DNA from: Macrostomum hystrix | Lineage: Eukaryota > Animalia > Platyhelminthes | Assembly: GCA_950097015.1 (NCBI GenBank) | Contig: CATNEN010000011.1 | Location: forward strand, 5,890,001 to 5,954,000 | Reading direction: 5' to 3' | Length of the DNA stretch: 64,000 nucleotides | Position numbers and translations under genes: made by a program | Shown: piece after piece, positions 8,219-18,030 of the stretch | How the letters are laid out: the number at the start of each line of letters is the position of its first letter | Position numbering within the stretch: the stretch's first letter is position 1 | Notes under the pieces: model-generated | Told to the model about the DNA's origin: nothing | Seen by the model: only the letters and a program-made list of their open reading frames with translations | The model's database searches: none

Positions 8219-11200
8219 ATGCCTCGAGCAAGGTGCAATGTTTGCCAACGCGTTTTCAGCGGTCAGGCGGAACTGCATGCACACTCGCATGGCGAGTGCT
8301 TTGCGCCTGAAAACCTGCTCTCTGCACCCATTAACCGTCTGACTAACAATCCTCCCAATGATTGGTCTGTTGTGCTACGCGAATCAAGCCACAAGGGACG
8401 TGTCAACTTTGTCGAATTCAGACCACAGCAACAACAGCGACTACCTAGCGAACTGATTGCCAATCTTCGAGAACCGATATACAACCTCTTTGAAAAGATT
8501 GGTTCAGCCGGTCTAATGCTGCGAACCTGTGTCCATCTGAAAGTGAAGTTATCTCGTCCAAAGTCAGAAGATGGTGAGAGTATCGAAACAATTTCTGCCT
8601 ACTTTAACACTAATATGGCAACAATAACATTTGACGAGACGACAATGGCAAATAGTGACTTGACTCTATCACCAGATGCATTCAATGACTGGTTTTCGCG
8701 CGTAATCTCCACTCTAGTAACAAAAATTGACAACTTCCAAACACGCGGTAGTAACTGGCAATTTGAGCACATTGAACAACTTGATCTAATGCTATGCATT
8801 TACCGCAAAACCAGAGCTCGATTAATCAATTCAACCGAGCTTGGAGGTGGCGGAGGAGCCGGCGGGGGGCCCGCCGCGAGGGCGGCGGGCGGGCGGGCGG
8901 GCGGGCGCGCGCGTGGCGACCCGTTCCGAACCGAACCGACCCGATCCGACCCGAAACGACAAGCCTTCAAGGTACCGATTTCTATTGGCCGAAAGACTGG
9001 TGCAGTCTTGTACTTGAAGCCGCACAGAGCTAATCAGTTGGATTGTTTTCGTTGGGCTATTATCGCGAGTGTGTTTCATCCTTACACAACGAACCCAAGT
9101 AAAAAGTCGAGCTATGCGCAGTGGCAGGGAGAGTTCAACTTTGGCCGATTCGCAAATGGACCAGCTAGGCATTCCAAATCATCGTATAGAAAGTTTTGCC
9201 GCAAGAATCCTAAGCTTAGTCTCCGTGTCTTTGTCTGGAATCATGAAGAAAAGACTAATACTCTCTTCTTTTCACATCGAAGCAACAGTGAAGGTGATAG
9301 GTATTTTGCCAATTGCTTGTTTGTACCGCGTTACGGACAATTTGCGTTGGGTCATTACATGCCAGTCAAGAATTTGAATCGTTTAATGAGTACACGCAGC
9401 AAACAACGGAGGTTTTGTCCCGACTGCCTAGTTTCTTTTCCATGCATCACTTCTTGGGATTATATTTTAAATGTGCATTCTTGTGTAAATAATAATAATG
9501 AAAAGTCCACTGCCATCGAAGAGTGGACTTCAGATGTTGTACCACAGATTCGCGAGACAAAGTATAAGCCAGTAGAAAGAATGCCACGAGAAGAGGATGC
9601 ACACGTCAAATTCAAGAGTTTTGAAGCTCAGCTACCGTCACTGTATGTCATGTATGCTGATATGGAGTGTCTTTGCGCGCCGCCAGACAAGCATCAGGCG
9701 GGTAATGTGCTTGAGGTGCATGAACCGATTTGTTTAGCCTATCGACTAGTAACTTGTCCAGAACTGAAATTGACGCCTCGCCTAAAGGCAGCTGTTGGCA
9801 TGAGCAGAGAGAAACCGTGTGAGGTGATTTACACACCGCCAAATGGTGAGAATTGTGTTAGACAATTTTTGCGGCGACTTGAAACGATTGCTAGCGAAAT
9901 TTGTCTACATACACAAAGTGAATCCTACACTCCACTTTTGCGCAAGTATTTACATCTAAGCAAGTCCAAGGCAGAGATTGCAGCGTGTCAATTGTGCAAG
10001 AAATCATTTGAAGAGGATGAAAAGAAGGTACTTGATCATTGTCACTTGACAGGTCTTCCACGTGGCGTGCTGTGTGTCTCTTGCAACAGGAAGTTGACTC
10101 TTAGGCGCTATCGTCTCATTGTTTATTTTCATAACTTAGCCTCGTATGATGGCAAGTTTCTAGTGCGAGAAATTTATGAAGTTTTTTCTGGATCCAAGGT
10201 TCAACTTCATGTGCTACCGGAGAATCGCGAGCGATTCAAGACATTTTCACTTAAGTTTCGTGTAAAGGCAGCTGATCAGACTCACAAGTTTGAAATTTGC
10301 TTCAAAGACACGTTTGCCTACTTGTCAACAAGCTTGTCAACATTGGCAGATCGTCTTCTTCCAGAACAGCTGGTACACACACGAGAACTAATGAATGCAT
10401 ACCCGAGGTTGAAGTTTTCAACTCTTCGTCAAAAGGGTGTCTATCCCTATTCGTTTCTAGACTGTGAGGAAAAGCTGGATAGTGTGACAAGTCTTCCACC
10501 CAAGGCATGCTTTTTCAACAAGCTTACGATGTCAGATTGTTTAGATGTGGACTATGAGCGAGCTCATGCGGCATGGTTCGAGTTTGACTGCAAAAACCTT
10601 AGAGATTATACAACCGCCTATCTTCAACTTGATGTTTTGCTCTTGTGCGATGTCTTTGAAAACTTTCGTCAGACAGCACAGCGAGAGTATGGTCTTGATC
10701 CTAGTCACTTTTTGGGTGCTCCAATGTTTAGCTTGGTAGCATGTTTGCGACAGATTGATCGACCGATTCAATTATTTACCGATGCTAGCATGTATGCTGA
10801 AGTTGAGCATTCGATTCGAGGCGGTTTCAGCTTTGGAACACGACACATAACAACGGCAAACAATCCGTGTGTCGAAGAATGCAGAAGGATCTTAGATCAG
10901 ACTGAAGCAGATTTTTCCAACATGCGACAGAATGCGCCTAGAGATACTTATTTGGCCTACTTGGATGCTAACTCATTGTATTCGAGCTGCATGATTCAAC
11001 CGCTGCCAGTTGGTGACTTTGCTTGGTTGTCACGTAGCGACTTGTCAGCGATTCCGTTTGACAGTCCTTCGGCAGACTATTTTGAGAATCCGACTGTAAA
11101 GAGCCGATTATTGAACTGGTTGGTAAACTATTGCAAAGAGGACCAAGGAGCCATGCTTACAGTTGATTTGTATTATCCGCATTTTCTACATGACAGTACT

Positions 11201-12358
11201 GCTGATTTGCCCCTAGCCATTGCACACGAAATGATTGCCGAAGAGCGACTAACAGATCAGATGAAGGCAGACTGGTTTAGTCTTCAACGTGAACTTAATC
11301 CTGAGCGATATAAGAATGCAACATGCTATGAAGACGTAAAACCATTCAAGAGCCCTACGCGAAAGTTGATTGGATCAGTGCAGCACAAGTTGAAGTATGT
11401 TGTCCACCATCGAGCTCTTAGATTTTACCTAGAGTTAGGTATGCGCGTGACGCGTGTTCATCGTGTGATTCGCTTTACCGAGCTGGCCATTTTAAAAACC
11501 TACATTGAGCGCAATATTGATCAACGAAAAGCAGCTAAGACAGAGTTTGAGAGAGAGTTTTTCAAGCTGCTAAATAATGCTCTCTTTGGCAAGTTTCTGC
11601 AACGAGTTCGCGATCGTCTCATTTACAGAATGTGTTCACTTGCAGAACGGTTTGAGTGCTATATTGGAAGCGCCAACTTTCTGGATGCTATTGTTTATAC
11701 AGAAAGCCTTGCTGGAGTCTCCCTTGCATCAAAGCGTGTAATGTTGGACAAGCCAATTATTATAGGAGCTGCAATTTTGGACATTGCAAAAACTCTAGTT
11801 TATGAGTTTTTTTACAACCATGTTCAATCGCATCGATCACTAGCCAGTGCGCGCGTTCTCGGCGGTGATACGGATAGTCTAATGTTAGCACTTGTAATGC
11901 GACGAAACAATGAGACACCGTACGAGACGCTGTTTAAAGACTTGGCTGAACAAGGTCTCTTGGATACTAGCAACTATCCACCATCGCATCCGTTATACTC
12001 TACAGTCAACAAGGGTAGACTGCTAGCCTGGAAGGATGAGTTCAAGGGACGTGTGCCTTTGGAGCTAGCTTTTCTTCGACCAAAGAACTATTCCTTCTTG
12101 GTTACTGGCGAGAGTATTACACAAATTTCGCGATGTAAGGGTGTCTGCAAAACTGTTGCTCAAAACATTCGCCACACAGATTATCTAAGAGTTCTACACA
12201 AGCGCCAAGTCATGTTTGCACGAATGCAAAGCATCAGATCCCGCAAACAACGCGTGTTTCTACTGCAGCAACGCAAATTGGCCTTGAGTTTTTTTGATAC
12301 TAAGCGCGCGTGGATTAACGACTATAGTTCGCTGCCATTTGGTCATTGGCGTTTGTAA
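8219..12358 (+). CDS. polB: Protein-primed family B DNA polymerase (pPolB) with N-terminal C2H2 finger and endonuclease VII-like Zn insert
   Basis: Exo motifs YADMEC, FHNLASYDG and YLQLDV. Pol motifs YLDANSLY, KLLNNALFGK and GDTDS. CQLC...DHCHLTG..RG..C..CN insert. DCFRWAII and GHY motifs of the N-terminal OTU-like region. Confidence 0.97.
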   Translation: MPRARCNVCQRVFSGQAELHAHSHGECFAPENLLSAPINRLTNNPPNDWSVVLRESSHKGRVNFVEFRPQQQQRLPSELIANLREPIYNLFEKIGSAGLMLRTCVHLKVKLSRPKSEDGESIETISAYFNTNMATITFDETTMANSDLTLSPDAFNDWFSRVISTLVTKIDNFQTRGSNWQFEHIEQLDLMLCIYRKTRARLINSTELGGGGGAGGGPAARAAGGRAGGRARGDPFRTEPTRSDPKRQAFKVPISIGRKTGAVLYLKPHRANQLDCFRWAIIASVFHPYTTNPSKKSSYAQWQGEFNFGRFANGPARHSKSSYRKFCRKNPKLSLRVFVWNHEEKTNTLFFSHRSNSEGDRYFANCLFVPRYGQFALGHYMPVKNLNRLMSTRSKQRRFCPDCLVSFPCITSWDYILNVHSCVNNNNEKSTAIEEWTSDVVPQIRETKYKPVERMPREEDAHVKFKSFEAQLPSLYVMYADMECLCAPPDKHQAGNVLEVHEPICLAYRLVTCPELKLTPRLKAAVGMSREKPCEVIYTPPNGENCVRQFLRRLETIASEICLHTQSESYTPLLRKYLHLSKSKAEIAACQLCKKSFEEDEKKVLDHCHLTGLPRGVLCVSCNRKLTLRRYRLIVYFHNLASYDGKFLVREIYEVFSGSKVQLHVLPENRERFKTFSLKFRVKAADQTHKFEICFKDTFAYLSTSLSTLADRLLPEQLVHTRELMNAYPRLKFSTLRQKGVYPYSFLDCEEKLDSVTSLPPKACFFNKLTMSDCLDVDYERAHAAWFEFDCKNLRDYTTAYLQLDVLLLCDVFENFRQTAQREYGLDPSHFLGAPMFSLVACLRQIDRPIQLFTDASMYAEVEHSIRGGFSFGTRHITTANNPCVEECRRILDQTEADFSNMRQNAPRDTYLAYLDANSLYSSCMIQPLPVGDFAWLSRSDLSAIPFDSPSADYFENPTVKSRLLNWLVNYCKEDQGAMLTVDLYYPHFLHDSTADLPLAIAHEMIAEERLTDQMKADWFSLQRELNPERYKNATCYEDVKPFKSPTRKLIGSVQHKLKYVVHHRALRFYLELGMRVTRVHRVIRFTELAILKTYIERNIDQRKAAKTEFEREFFKLLNNALFGKFLQRVRDRLIYRMCSLAERFECYIGSANFLDAIVYTESLAGVSLASKRVMLDKPIIIGAAILDIAKTLVYEFFYNHVQSHRSLASARVLGGDTDSLMLALVMRRNNETPYETLFKDLAEQGLLDTSNYPPSHPLYSTVNKGRLLAWKDEFKGRVPLELAFLRPKNYSFLVTGESITQISRCKGVCKTVAQNIRHTDYLRVLHKRQVMFARMQSIRSRKQRVFLLQQRKLALSFFDTKRAWINDYSSLPFGHWRL

Positions 12359-12698
12359 TTATATTGATTGCTGTAATTACATCACCCAATGTTGACTTTC
12401 GCTTTAATCATATCAAATGATTTTTCCTTTTTGTGATTTGTATTTCATTCTTGTCAATATAGACATTGATCAAATTATGATTACATTTGAATGTTGTAAT
12501 TATATTGGTGACATTATAAGTATTTATATAATCCAAGTTTGTGTATTTATCTTTAGTTAATTTTTGTAGTACTTAGCTTAGGTATATCACAATCACTAGC
12601 AAGTTTTTGGAGATAATAAATAGATTATAATCAGGATTTAGTTATACTACTTTGTAAAACGCTAACAACCATTTTCCCCTCAGCTCTAAAGTTCTGCA

Positions 12699-13157
12699 AT
12701 GGCAACTGATAGCAACGTCCTGCGTGTGAGGCTTCTTCTGCCAACAGCTAATGTTCCAGTTCGCAAAACTGAAGGCTCAGTTGGCTATGATCTGACTGCT
12801 GCTGTCGAGGGAAGTGTTGGAGGCTACGATCGCCTAACGATTCGAACAGGCGTATCGATTCAAGTACCAAAGGACACCTACGGGAGAATCGCTACGCGCT
12901 CCAGCCTCAGCACAAGAGGCATCACTGTTGAAGGTGGTGTAGTTGATCCGGATTACACGGGCGAAATAATGGTTGTGTTGTACAATCACAGTCCAAATGA
13001 CTTTAATTTTTACCCCGGACTGCGCATTGCTCAACTAATTTTAGAGAAAGCAAGCATTGTACCTGTTTTAGTTTTAGAGGATGAGTCAGTCTGTCACATG
13101 ACTGAACCGTCACTCAAGCGCAAGTATGGTGGGTTTGGTAGCACTGACAACTTTTAG
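12699..13157 (+). CDS. dut: Trimeric dUTPase
   Basis: All five motifs are present: GSVGYDL, RSSL, GGVVDPDYTGEI, RIAQLI and RKYGGFGST. Confidence 0.97.
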   Translation: MATDSNVLRVRLLLPTANVPVRKTEGSVGYDLTAAVEGSVGGYDRLTIRTGVSIQVPKDTYGRIATRSSLSTRGITVEGGVVDPDYTGEIMVVLYNHSPNDFNFYPGLRIAQLILEKASIVPVLVLEDESVCHMTEPSLKRKYGGFGSTDNF

Positions 13158-13249
13158 CGCTGCGAATAATGACACTAATCATATTTTTGTCTCCAATTAT
13201 TATATTCTTGATGTTAATCTTGTTCTTTTTCTTGTTTTTGTTAATACAC

Positions 13250-13255
13250 TATAAG
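13250..13255 (+). promoter_or_regulatory. TATAAG motif 43 nt before the PLA2 gene ATG
   Basis: Same motif and spacing as at 15457 and 17989. Confidence 0.5.
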
Positions 13256-13292
13256 CTAATTCGGAATTTGTTGGTAATTTAAAATCTCCAGA

Positions 13293-13709
13293 ATGGCACG
13301 TAGTAAGAAAAGATCAGCTAAGAGTTTAAGAAAGTCATCATTTCAAATCAAGAGATCAAGTAACTCGATTAAGAAGCAGCGAGGTTTCGGCGTACTGAAC
13401 TGGTTAATCAATCATTTGCCGTTTGAGGCACATTTACCTGGCGGATATCAGTTTTGCGGTCCAGGAACGAAGTTACAAGAGAGACTTACAAAGGGTCAAC
13501 GAGGTAAAAATAGACTTGATAATCTGTGCATGCTTCACGACATAGCGTACGATCAACATTCTGACGTTCAAGAAAGATTAAAGGCTGACCAGGTGCTAGA
13601 ATCAGGAGCACGTGAAATTGCTAACGATCCGTCCACAAGTTGGAGTGAGAAACTAGCTGCCAAACTTGTAACTAAAGTTATGCAGGTGAAGCAACGCTTT
13701 GGTGCTTAG
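13293..13709 (+). CDS. Parvovirus-type phospholipase A2 domain virion protein
   Basis: HLPGGYQFCGPGT Ca-binding loop and LDNLCMLHDIAY catalytic HD motif, with a basic N-terminus. Confidence 0.92.
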   Translation: MARSKKRSAKSLRKSSFQIKRSSNSIKKQRGFGVLNWLINHLPFEAHLPGGYQFCGPGTKLQERLTKGQRGKNRLDNLCMLHDIAYDQHSDVQERLKADQVLESGAREIANDPSTSWSEKLAAKLVTKVMQVKQRFGA

Positions 13710-13711
13710 AA

Positions 13712-14416
13712 ATGGAAATTTTCAACATGCAGTTGGCTCACGATTCAACATTCATTATTGCGGGGCCGTCTAACTCTGGAAAAACTGAATGGACACTTAG
13801 ATTGCTAAGTGAACGAGATAAGCTATTTGATAAGAAACCTCAGCGTCTTCTTTGGTGTCATGGTACAAACCTAACTTCCGACGATCAGCAACGAATAATC
13901 AAGTGTTGGAATAAATCTGGAGATGAACCTGTTCATTTCGTAAATGGATTTCCAGCTCAACTGGCTTCTCGGTTTAAGCCAAACGATCTAGTTGTCGTTG
14001 ATGACCTGCAAAGTGAAGTGACGAAGTCTGCTGAGTTTACTAGCCTGTTTACAAAGCTTGCCCATCATACACCACTCACGTGTCTTTATATTTGTCAGAA
14101 CCTCTTTAATCGATCAGATCCTGAGGCGCGTACGCGAAGTTTATCAGCTAGTTATATTTGCCTAACTCGTAGTGTTCGAGATCGTGCATCAGTTGAGCAT
14201 CTAGCTCGGCAAATGTTTCCACGCAATAGTCGGTTTTTAGTAAATGTATATGAAGATGTAACAAATAATAAGCCATACTCCTATTTGTTCATCGATTTGC
14301 GTCAAAAAACGCCAGATTTTTTACGACTTCGCACAGGTATTTTTCCTGGTGATTGTCATATTGTATACATACGTTCTTCCGAAGCTGGTGTTTCAAACGC
14401 TATAAGCGATTTTTGA
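13712..14416 (+). CDS. A32/FtsK-like genome packaging ATPase
   Basis: Walker A IIAGPSNSGKT, Walker B VVVDDLQ, and downstream Polinton-type CQN and YSYLFIDL motifs. Confidence 0.95.
   Translation: MEIFNMQLAHDSTFIIAGPSNSGKTEWTLRLLSERDKLFDKKPQRLLWCHGTNLTSDDQQRIIKCWNKSGDEPVHFVNGFPAQLASRFKPNDLVVVDDLQSEVTKSAEFTSLFTKLAHHTPLTCLYICQNLFNRSDPEARTRSLSASYICLTRSVRDRASVEHLARQMFPRNSRFLVNVYEDVTNNKPYSYLFIDLRQKTPDFLRLRTGIFPGDCHIVYIRSSEAGVSNAISDF
14401..14406 (+). promoter_or_regulatory. TATAAG motif 62 nt before the minor capsid ATG
   Basis: TATAAGC at the end of the ATPase ORF. Confidence 0.35.
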
Positions 14417-14462
14417 TTTGTACGCTTGATTAATATTTTCGCGCATAAACTTATTTTTGAAA

Positions 14463-15461
14463 ATGAGCTTCTACGTAACATTACCTTCGAACGATACTAG
14501 CTATTCAGATAATTCTCCGAATTATTTTCGAATAAGATTGGCTGAGCCACTCAACTTGTCAGCTGGTTTGTACGAAGTTGCTCTAGTAGAGTTACTCTGT
14601 CGTGGAGCAAATACAACACCGAATGCTCATCGAGAAAGACAATTTGAAGTTCCATACTATGTTAATGTTGAACCAATTTTTGCATCGTCTGTTCCTATTT
14701 GGAAACGTATTTGGGCTGAGGCTGATTTGGAAGCCTACGTTTCTTGGCGAGCTGCTGGATCAATAGAAAGGTTTTCATGGTTTCTGCGCAATGCTGGCGA
14801 AAAAGCGCTTGGAATTGAGCTACCCGCCGCATTTATGGATACCTATCAGTTCAACTCTTGGAAGATAATAACGACTCTAACGTCTGACCTTTCAACGGAG
14901 CCTACAAACGCAAGTTTTCAACCGGCAGATGGGAATTATAAAGATCTTATTAAGAATTCCGTAAAGTCTCTGGTAATTCCTTCGGATCAATTTTTTACAT
15001 TCTATTTTATTCTTCTTCCTGGCCAGGCAATGCGACTCGTTTCAGACGATGTCGAACTGATAAGTACTAGTGATGATAATGCAATATTTCATATGCTCCG
15101 ATATTGGCGAGCTAGACGATTGTGGTGTTTCAAAAAGACCTACTTGGATAGTAATTTGACTCGTCCAATTTCATCAAAAACAGTTTACATGTACTGCTAT
15201 ACCGATATAATCGAACATCAGGCTGTTGGAAGCACTGCAGTCCAATTGCTCCGTGTAGTGGAACTTCAGCAAAAGAAGGACGGCGAACTTACTCGCGAAA
15301 GCAGCACATTCCAAAAGTCATATTACCTAAAAACCAATCGTCAGCGAATAAGTGAGATTGGTATTCGCCTTTCGGATCAGCGTGGACAGGAATTCAATTT
15401 TCATTCGGAGGCGCATGTAGTTGTCGTGCTTCATTTTCGTCTGCGGTCTGATGGTATATAA
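14463..15461 (+). CDS. Minor capsid protein (penton, single jelly-roll; Polinton PX)
   Basis: Typical N-terminus SFYVTLPSN...NYFRIRL..PLNL...YEVAL and C-terminus YCYTDII..Q.VG....LLRVV...IGIRLSDQRG...F. The ATG at 14463 is preferred over the TTG at 14457. Confidence 0.9.
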   Translation: MSFYVTLPSNDTSYSDNSPNYFRIRLAEPLNLSAGLYEVALVELLCRGANTTPNAHRERQFEVPYYVNVEPIFASSVPIWKRIWAEADLEAYVSWRAAGSIERFSWFLRNAGEKALGIELPAAFMDTYQFNSWKIITTLTSDLSTEPTNASFQPADGNYKDLIKNSVKSLVIPSDQFFTFYFILLPGQAMRLVSDDVELISTSDDNAIFHMLRYWRARRLWCFKKTYLDSNLTRPISSKTVYMYCYTDIIEHQAVGSTAVQLLRVVELQQKKDGELTRESSTFQKSYYLKTNRQRISEIGIRLSDQRGQEFNFHSEAHVVVVLHFRLRSDGI

Positions 15462-15462
15462 G
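15457..15462 (+). promoter_or_regulatory. TATAAG motif 42 nt before the ATG at 15499
   Basis: Overlaps the penton stop codon. Spacing matches 13250 and 17989. Confidence 0.45.
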
Positions 15463-15498
15463 CAAATGTGAATTTCTAAAAGAAGCTCATTTCTTGCC

Positions 15499-15930
15499 AT
15501 GACTACCATTACTGAAAACATAAAGCGAAGTGCTCAGTCGCTATCTCAGTGTGCATTTGTTTTACAAGCTGTAAGCCGTCTGAGAAATCCAAAACATCGA
15601 AAAAGCTTTTTGAAAACTCTAACAGAAGCAGAGATTCGCTGTCTAGTGGAGTTTCTGCTAAACATTGTCAACGGACGTGTTCAAGTGAGTTCCTGCAACA
15701 AGACCCGGCTTGAGAAACATAGCAAGTATATCAAAAAGCTATTAAAAAGAGAGACTCCACTTGGTGAGAAAAGAAGAATCCTTGTACAGCACGGTGGGTT
15801 TTTACCGTTCTTGGCTCCTATCATTGCCGCTCTACCTGCTATAGGCACAGCGTTAGGAATTACTTCTGGTGTTGTTGGAACTGCCGCCGGTGCAGCAAAC
15901 TTAGTTAGAGCAATTCAGCGAAAAAACTAA
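15499..15930 (+). CDS. Conserved Polinton small virion protein with QxGGF motif and hydrophobic/amphipathic C-terminus (possible membrane-lytic peptide)
   Basis: The pattern CLVEFLLNIVNG...RRILVQHGGFLPFLAPII resembles a recurrent Polinton ORF. The function is an inference. Confidence 0.7.
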   Translation: MTTITENIKRSAQSLSQCAFVLQAVSRLRNPKHRKSFLKTLTEAEIRCLVEFLLNIVNGRVQVSSCNKTRLEKHSKYIKKLLKRETPLGEKRRILVQHGGFLPFLAPIIAALPAIGTALGITSGVVGTAAGAANLVRAIQRKN

Positions 15931-15932
15931 AC

Positions 15933-16616
15933 ATGCAGTCTCGAAATGCGAATGAACTACAGCGAATGTTTCTGATTCCTGAAAGCATGTATCAATCAAT
16001 GCAACAGAGACAGGACGAAATACTATCAAGCAGCTTAGTACGTAAAACAGATGCTCTGGAGACACCGCGAGATGTACTAGCAAAGAATATAGTTTCAATG
16101 CGAGAAGAAATTGATGCTCTAGATGATGTAATTGAAAAGCAGCCCTCCTCTACAGCTCAACTGAAAAGATCTGACTTGGAGAGTAAATTGTTAAAGTCAC
16201 GTAGAGTCTACCACACTGGAGTGGAAAGACCAGCACCTGTTCGCGAAAGTTTTTCAAGTCAATTCGAAATGCAAGATCGAATGCAAATTCCTAAGGCTTT
16301 CCGCTCTCGGCTGGATAGACTCGCTAAAAATCTATTCTCAAACGATTCATCGTTGGAACCTCTACCCGAAGATTTTTCTGAAAATGAAATTCAAGATTTA
16401 ATGGAATATATTGTTCGTGATAAACCGCTAAAGCGAAACGAAAAAGAACCTCCAATCGGTCTTCAACATTTCCTTGAATTTCTTCGGAAACGAGGCGTTA
16501 CAGCTAGCCAAGTCGGTCGTCATGTGCGAAAGGAGTTTGAGACTGCCATTGCTGAGGAACCTGAGGTGAACCTCGAAGATTTAAGTCTGCTCGAAAATTA
16601 TCAGAGAGATGTTTAG
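15933..16616 (+). CDS. Polinton hypothetical protein (227 aa)
   Basis: Clean ATG ORF tightly packed 2 nt after the previous stop, with an N-terminal MFLIP motif and helical content. AATAAA follows at ~16673. Confidence 0.7.
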   Translation: MQSRNANELQRMFLIPESMYQSMQQRQDEILSSSLVRKTDALETPRDVLAKNIVSMREEIDALDDVIEKQPSSTAQLKRSDLESKLLKSRRVYHTGVERPAPVRESFSSQFEMQDRMQIPKAFRSRLDRLAKNLFSNDSSLEPLPEDFSENEIQDLMEYIVRDKPLKRNEKEPPIGLQHFLEFLRKRGVTASQVGRHVRKEFETAIAEEPEVNLEDLSLLENYQRDV

Positions 16617-16845
16617 TATAAGCGTGCTTTTAATTATTGTATGGTATAATGCATTATTGACACTTGATAATTAATAAATTTGTAAGTCATGAGCTGTTCA
16701 AACCTAAGAGTTTTGTTGCAGAGTTTCTTTGATTATTTGCAGCTAGAAACTTGCTGTCCGCTCATATTTAACTCCTGCTTTGAAAGCGAGACAACCGACG
16801 GTGATTCAGTTATCGACGTAAGCTTCATTTGCTGCAATACAATCA

Positions 16846-17997
16846 ATGCAAGGAATACGTAAAAGTATTGCTCAGTTTCTATCTGATTCTTTCTTCAACT
16901 TGGAAAATCCGACTTCGTTCTCAGGTAATAGATCTGAACTTGTTCGTGCTGTGCGCAAAGAATTTCCACAGATAAAATATGAAGACGCACGAAAGGAAGT
17001 ACAAAGTTGGGTACGATCAACAAAAGAGCACCATTTATTTCAAAAGTTGCCTAAAAAATTTCTGACACCAAAAATTAGTGTACCACCCGTGGCACGATTC
17101 CAGTTTCAAATCGATTTAGCCGACCTGCCGCAGTATAAAACTGAAAATCGAGGTTATCGTTTCATACTAGTTCTAATTGACTGCTTCACGCGAAGCATTC
17201 GACTTAGGCCATTAAAGACAAAGAAACCTAGCGAAGTGAGTCGAGTGCTGCAAGATATTTTTCGAAGTGGTTTCAAACCAGTTTATTTACAAGGCGACGC
17301 AGGCATGGAGTTTCTTGGAAAATCAACGCGACAAATGCTAAAACAGGAGGGAGTGAGGTTTTTCGTTTCTCAAAGTTCCTACAAGGCTAGCCTGGCAGAA
17401 AGATTTATTCGATCTCTAAAAGAACGCCTGCAACGATACTTTCGAGCTAAGAATCTAGCACGTTGGTTTGACATATTGCCACAGTTGGAGAAAAATTTCA
17501 ACGCAAGTCCACATCGAGCTTTAAGTGGAGAAACACCGAAACGAGTAGAGAATGATGAACATCTTCAAGGAATTCTATGGGACAAAATGTTTACACAAGT
17601 GCGCACTTCAAAACCAAAATTCAAAGTTGGTGATTGGGTGCGAATTCTCCGACGACGAGGAATTTTTGAAAAGGGTTACACAACAATTTGGAGCAATTCA
17701 AAGTTTCGTGTTCATCATGTTCACCTGTCTGACCCGCCAATGTATGAATTAGCTGATTCAGAAGATAATTTCGATTTGCTAGAAGGAAGATTCAACGAGG
17801 ATGAACTTCTACTCGTGAATGAAGTGGATGAGGAACCTGTCGATATAGAAAAGGTTCTCGAAACAGATCGTTCGCAGAAGGGTAATCGTTTGTATTTAGT
17901 AAAGTGGAAAGACATGCCAATTTCACGGAGTCAGTGGCTGAGTGAAAAAGATCTCGATGCAAAGACTGCTAGACTGTTTGCTCGTGTGTATAAGTAA
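16846..17997 (+). CDS. Retroviral-like DDE integrase with C-terminal chromodomain
   Basis: QIDLAD (D1), QGDAGMEF (D2), AERFIRSLK (E), KFKVGDWVRI, and chromodomain IEKVL...YLVKWKD...SQWL. Confidence 0.97.
   Translation: MQGIRKSIAQFLSDSFFNLENPTSFSGNRSELVRAVRKEFPQIKYEDARKEVQSWVRSTKEHHLFQKLPKKFLTPKISVPPVARFQFQIDLADLPQYKTENRGYRFILVLIDCFTRSIRLRPLKTKKPSEVSRVLQDIFRSGFKPVYLQGDAGMEFLGKSTRQMLKQEGVRFFVSQSSYKASLAERFIRSLKERLQRYFRAKNLARWFDILPQLEKNFNASPHRALSGETPKRVENDEHLQGILWDKMFTQVRTSKPKFKVGDWVRILRRRGIFEKGYTTIWSNSKFRVHHVHLSDPPMYELADSEDNFDLLEGRFNEDELLLVNEVDEEPVDIEKVLETDRSQKGNRLYLVKWKDMPISRSQWLSEKDLDAKTARLFARVYK
17989..17994 (+). promoter_or_regulatory. TATAAG motif 42 nt before the core-protein ATG
   Basis: Encoded in the last two integrase codons. 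Spacing matches 13250 and 15457. Confidence 0.45.
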
Positions 17998-18030
17998 AGC
18001 TGAAAAACTGATATCGCTTAATAATAAGTC

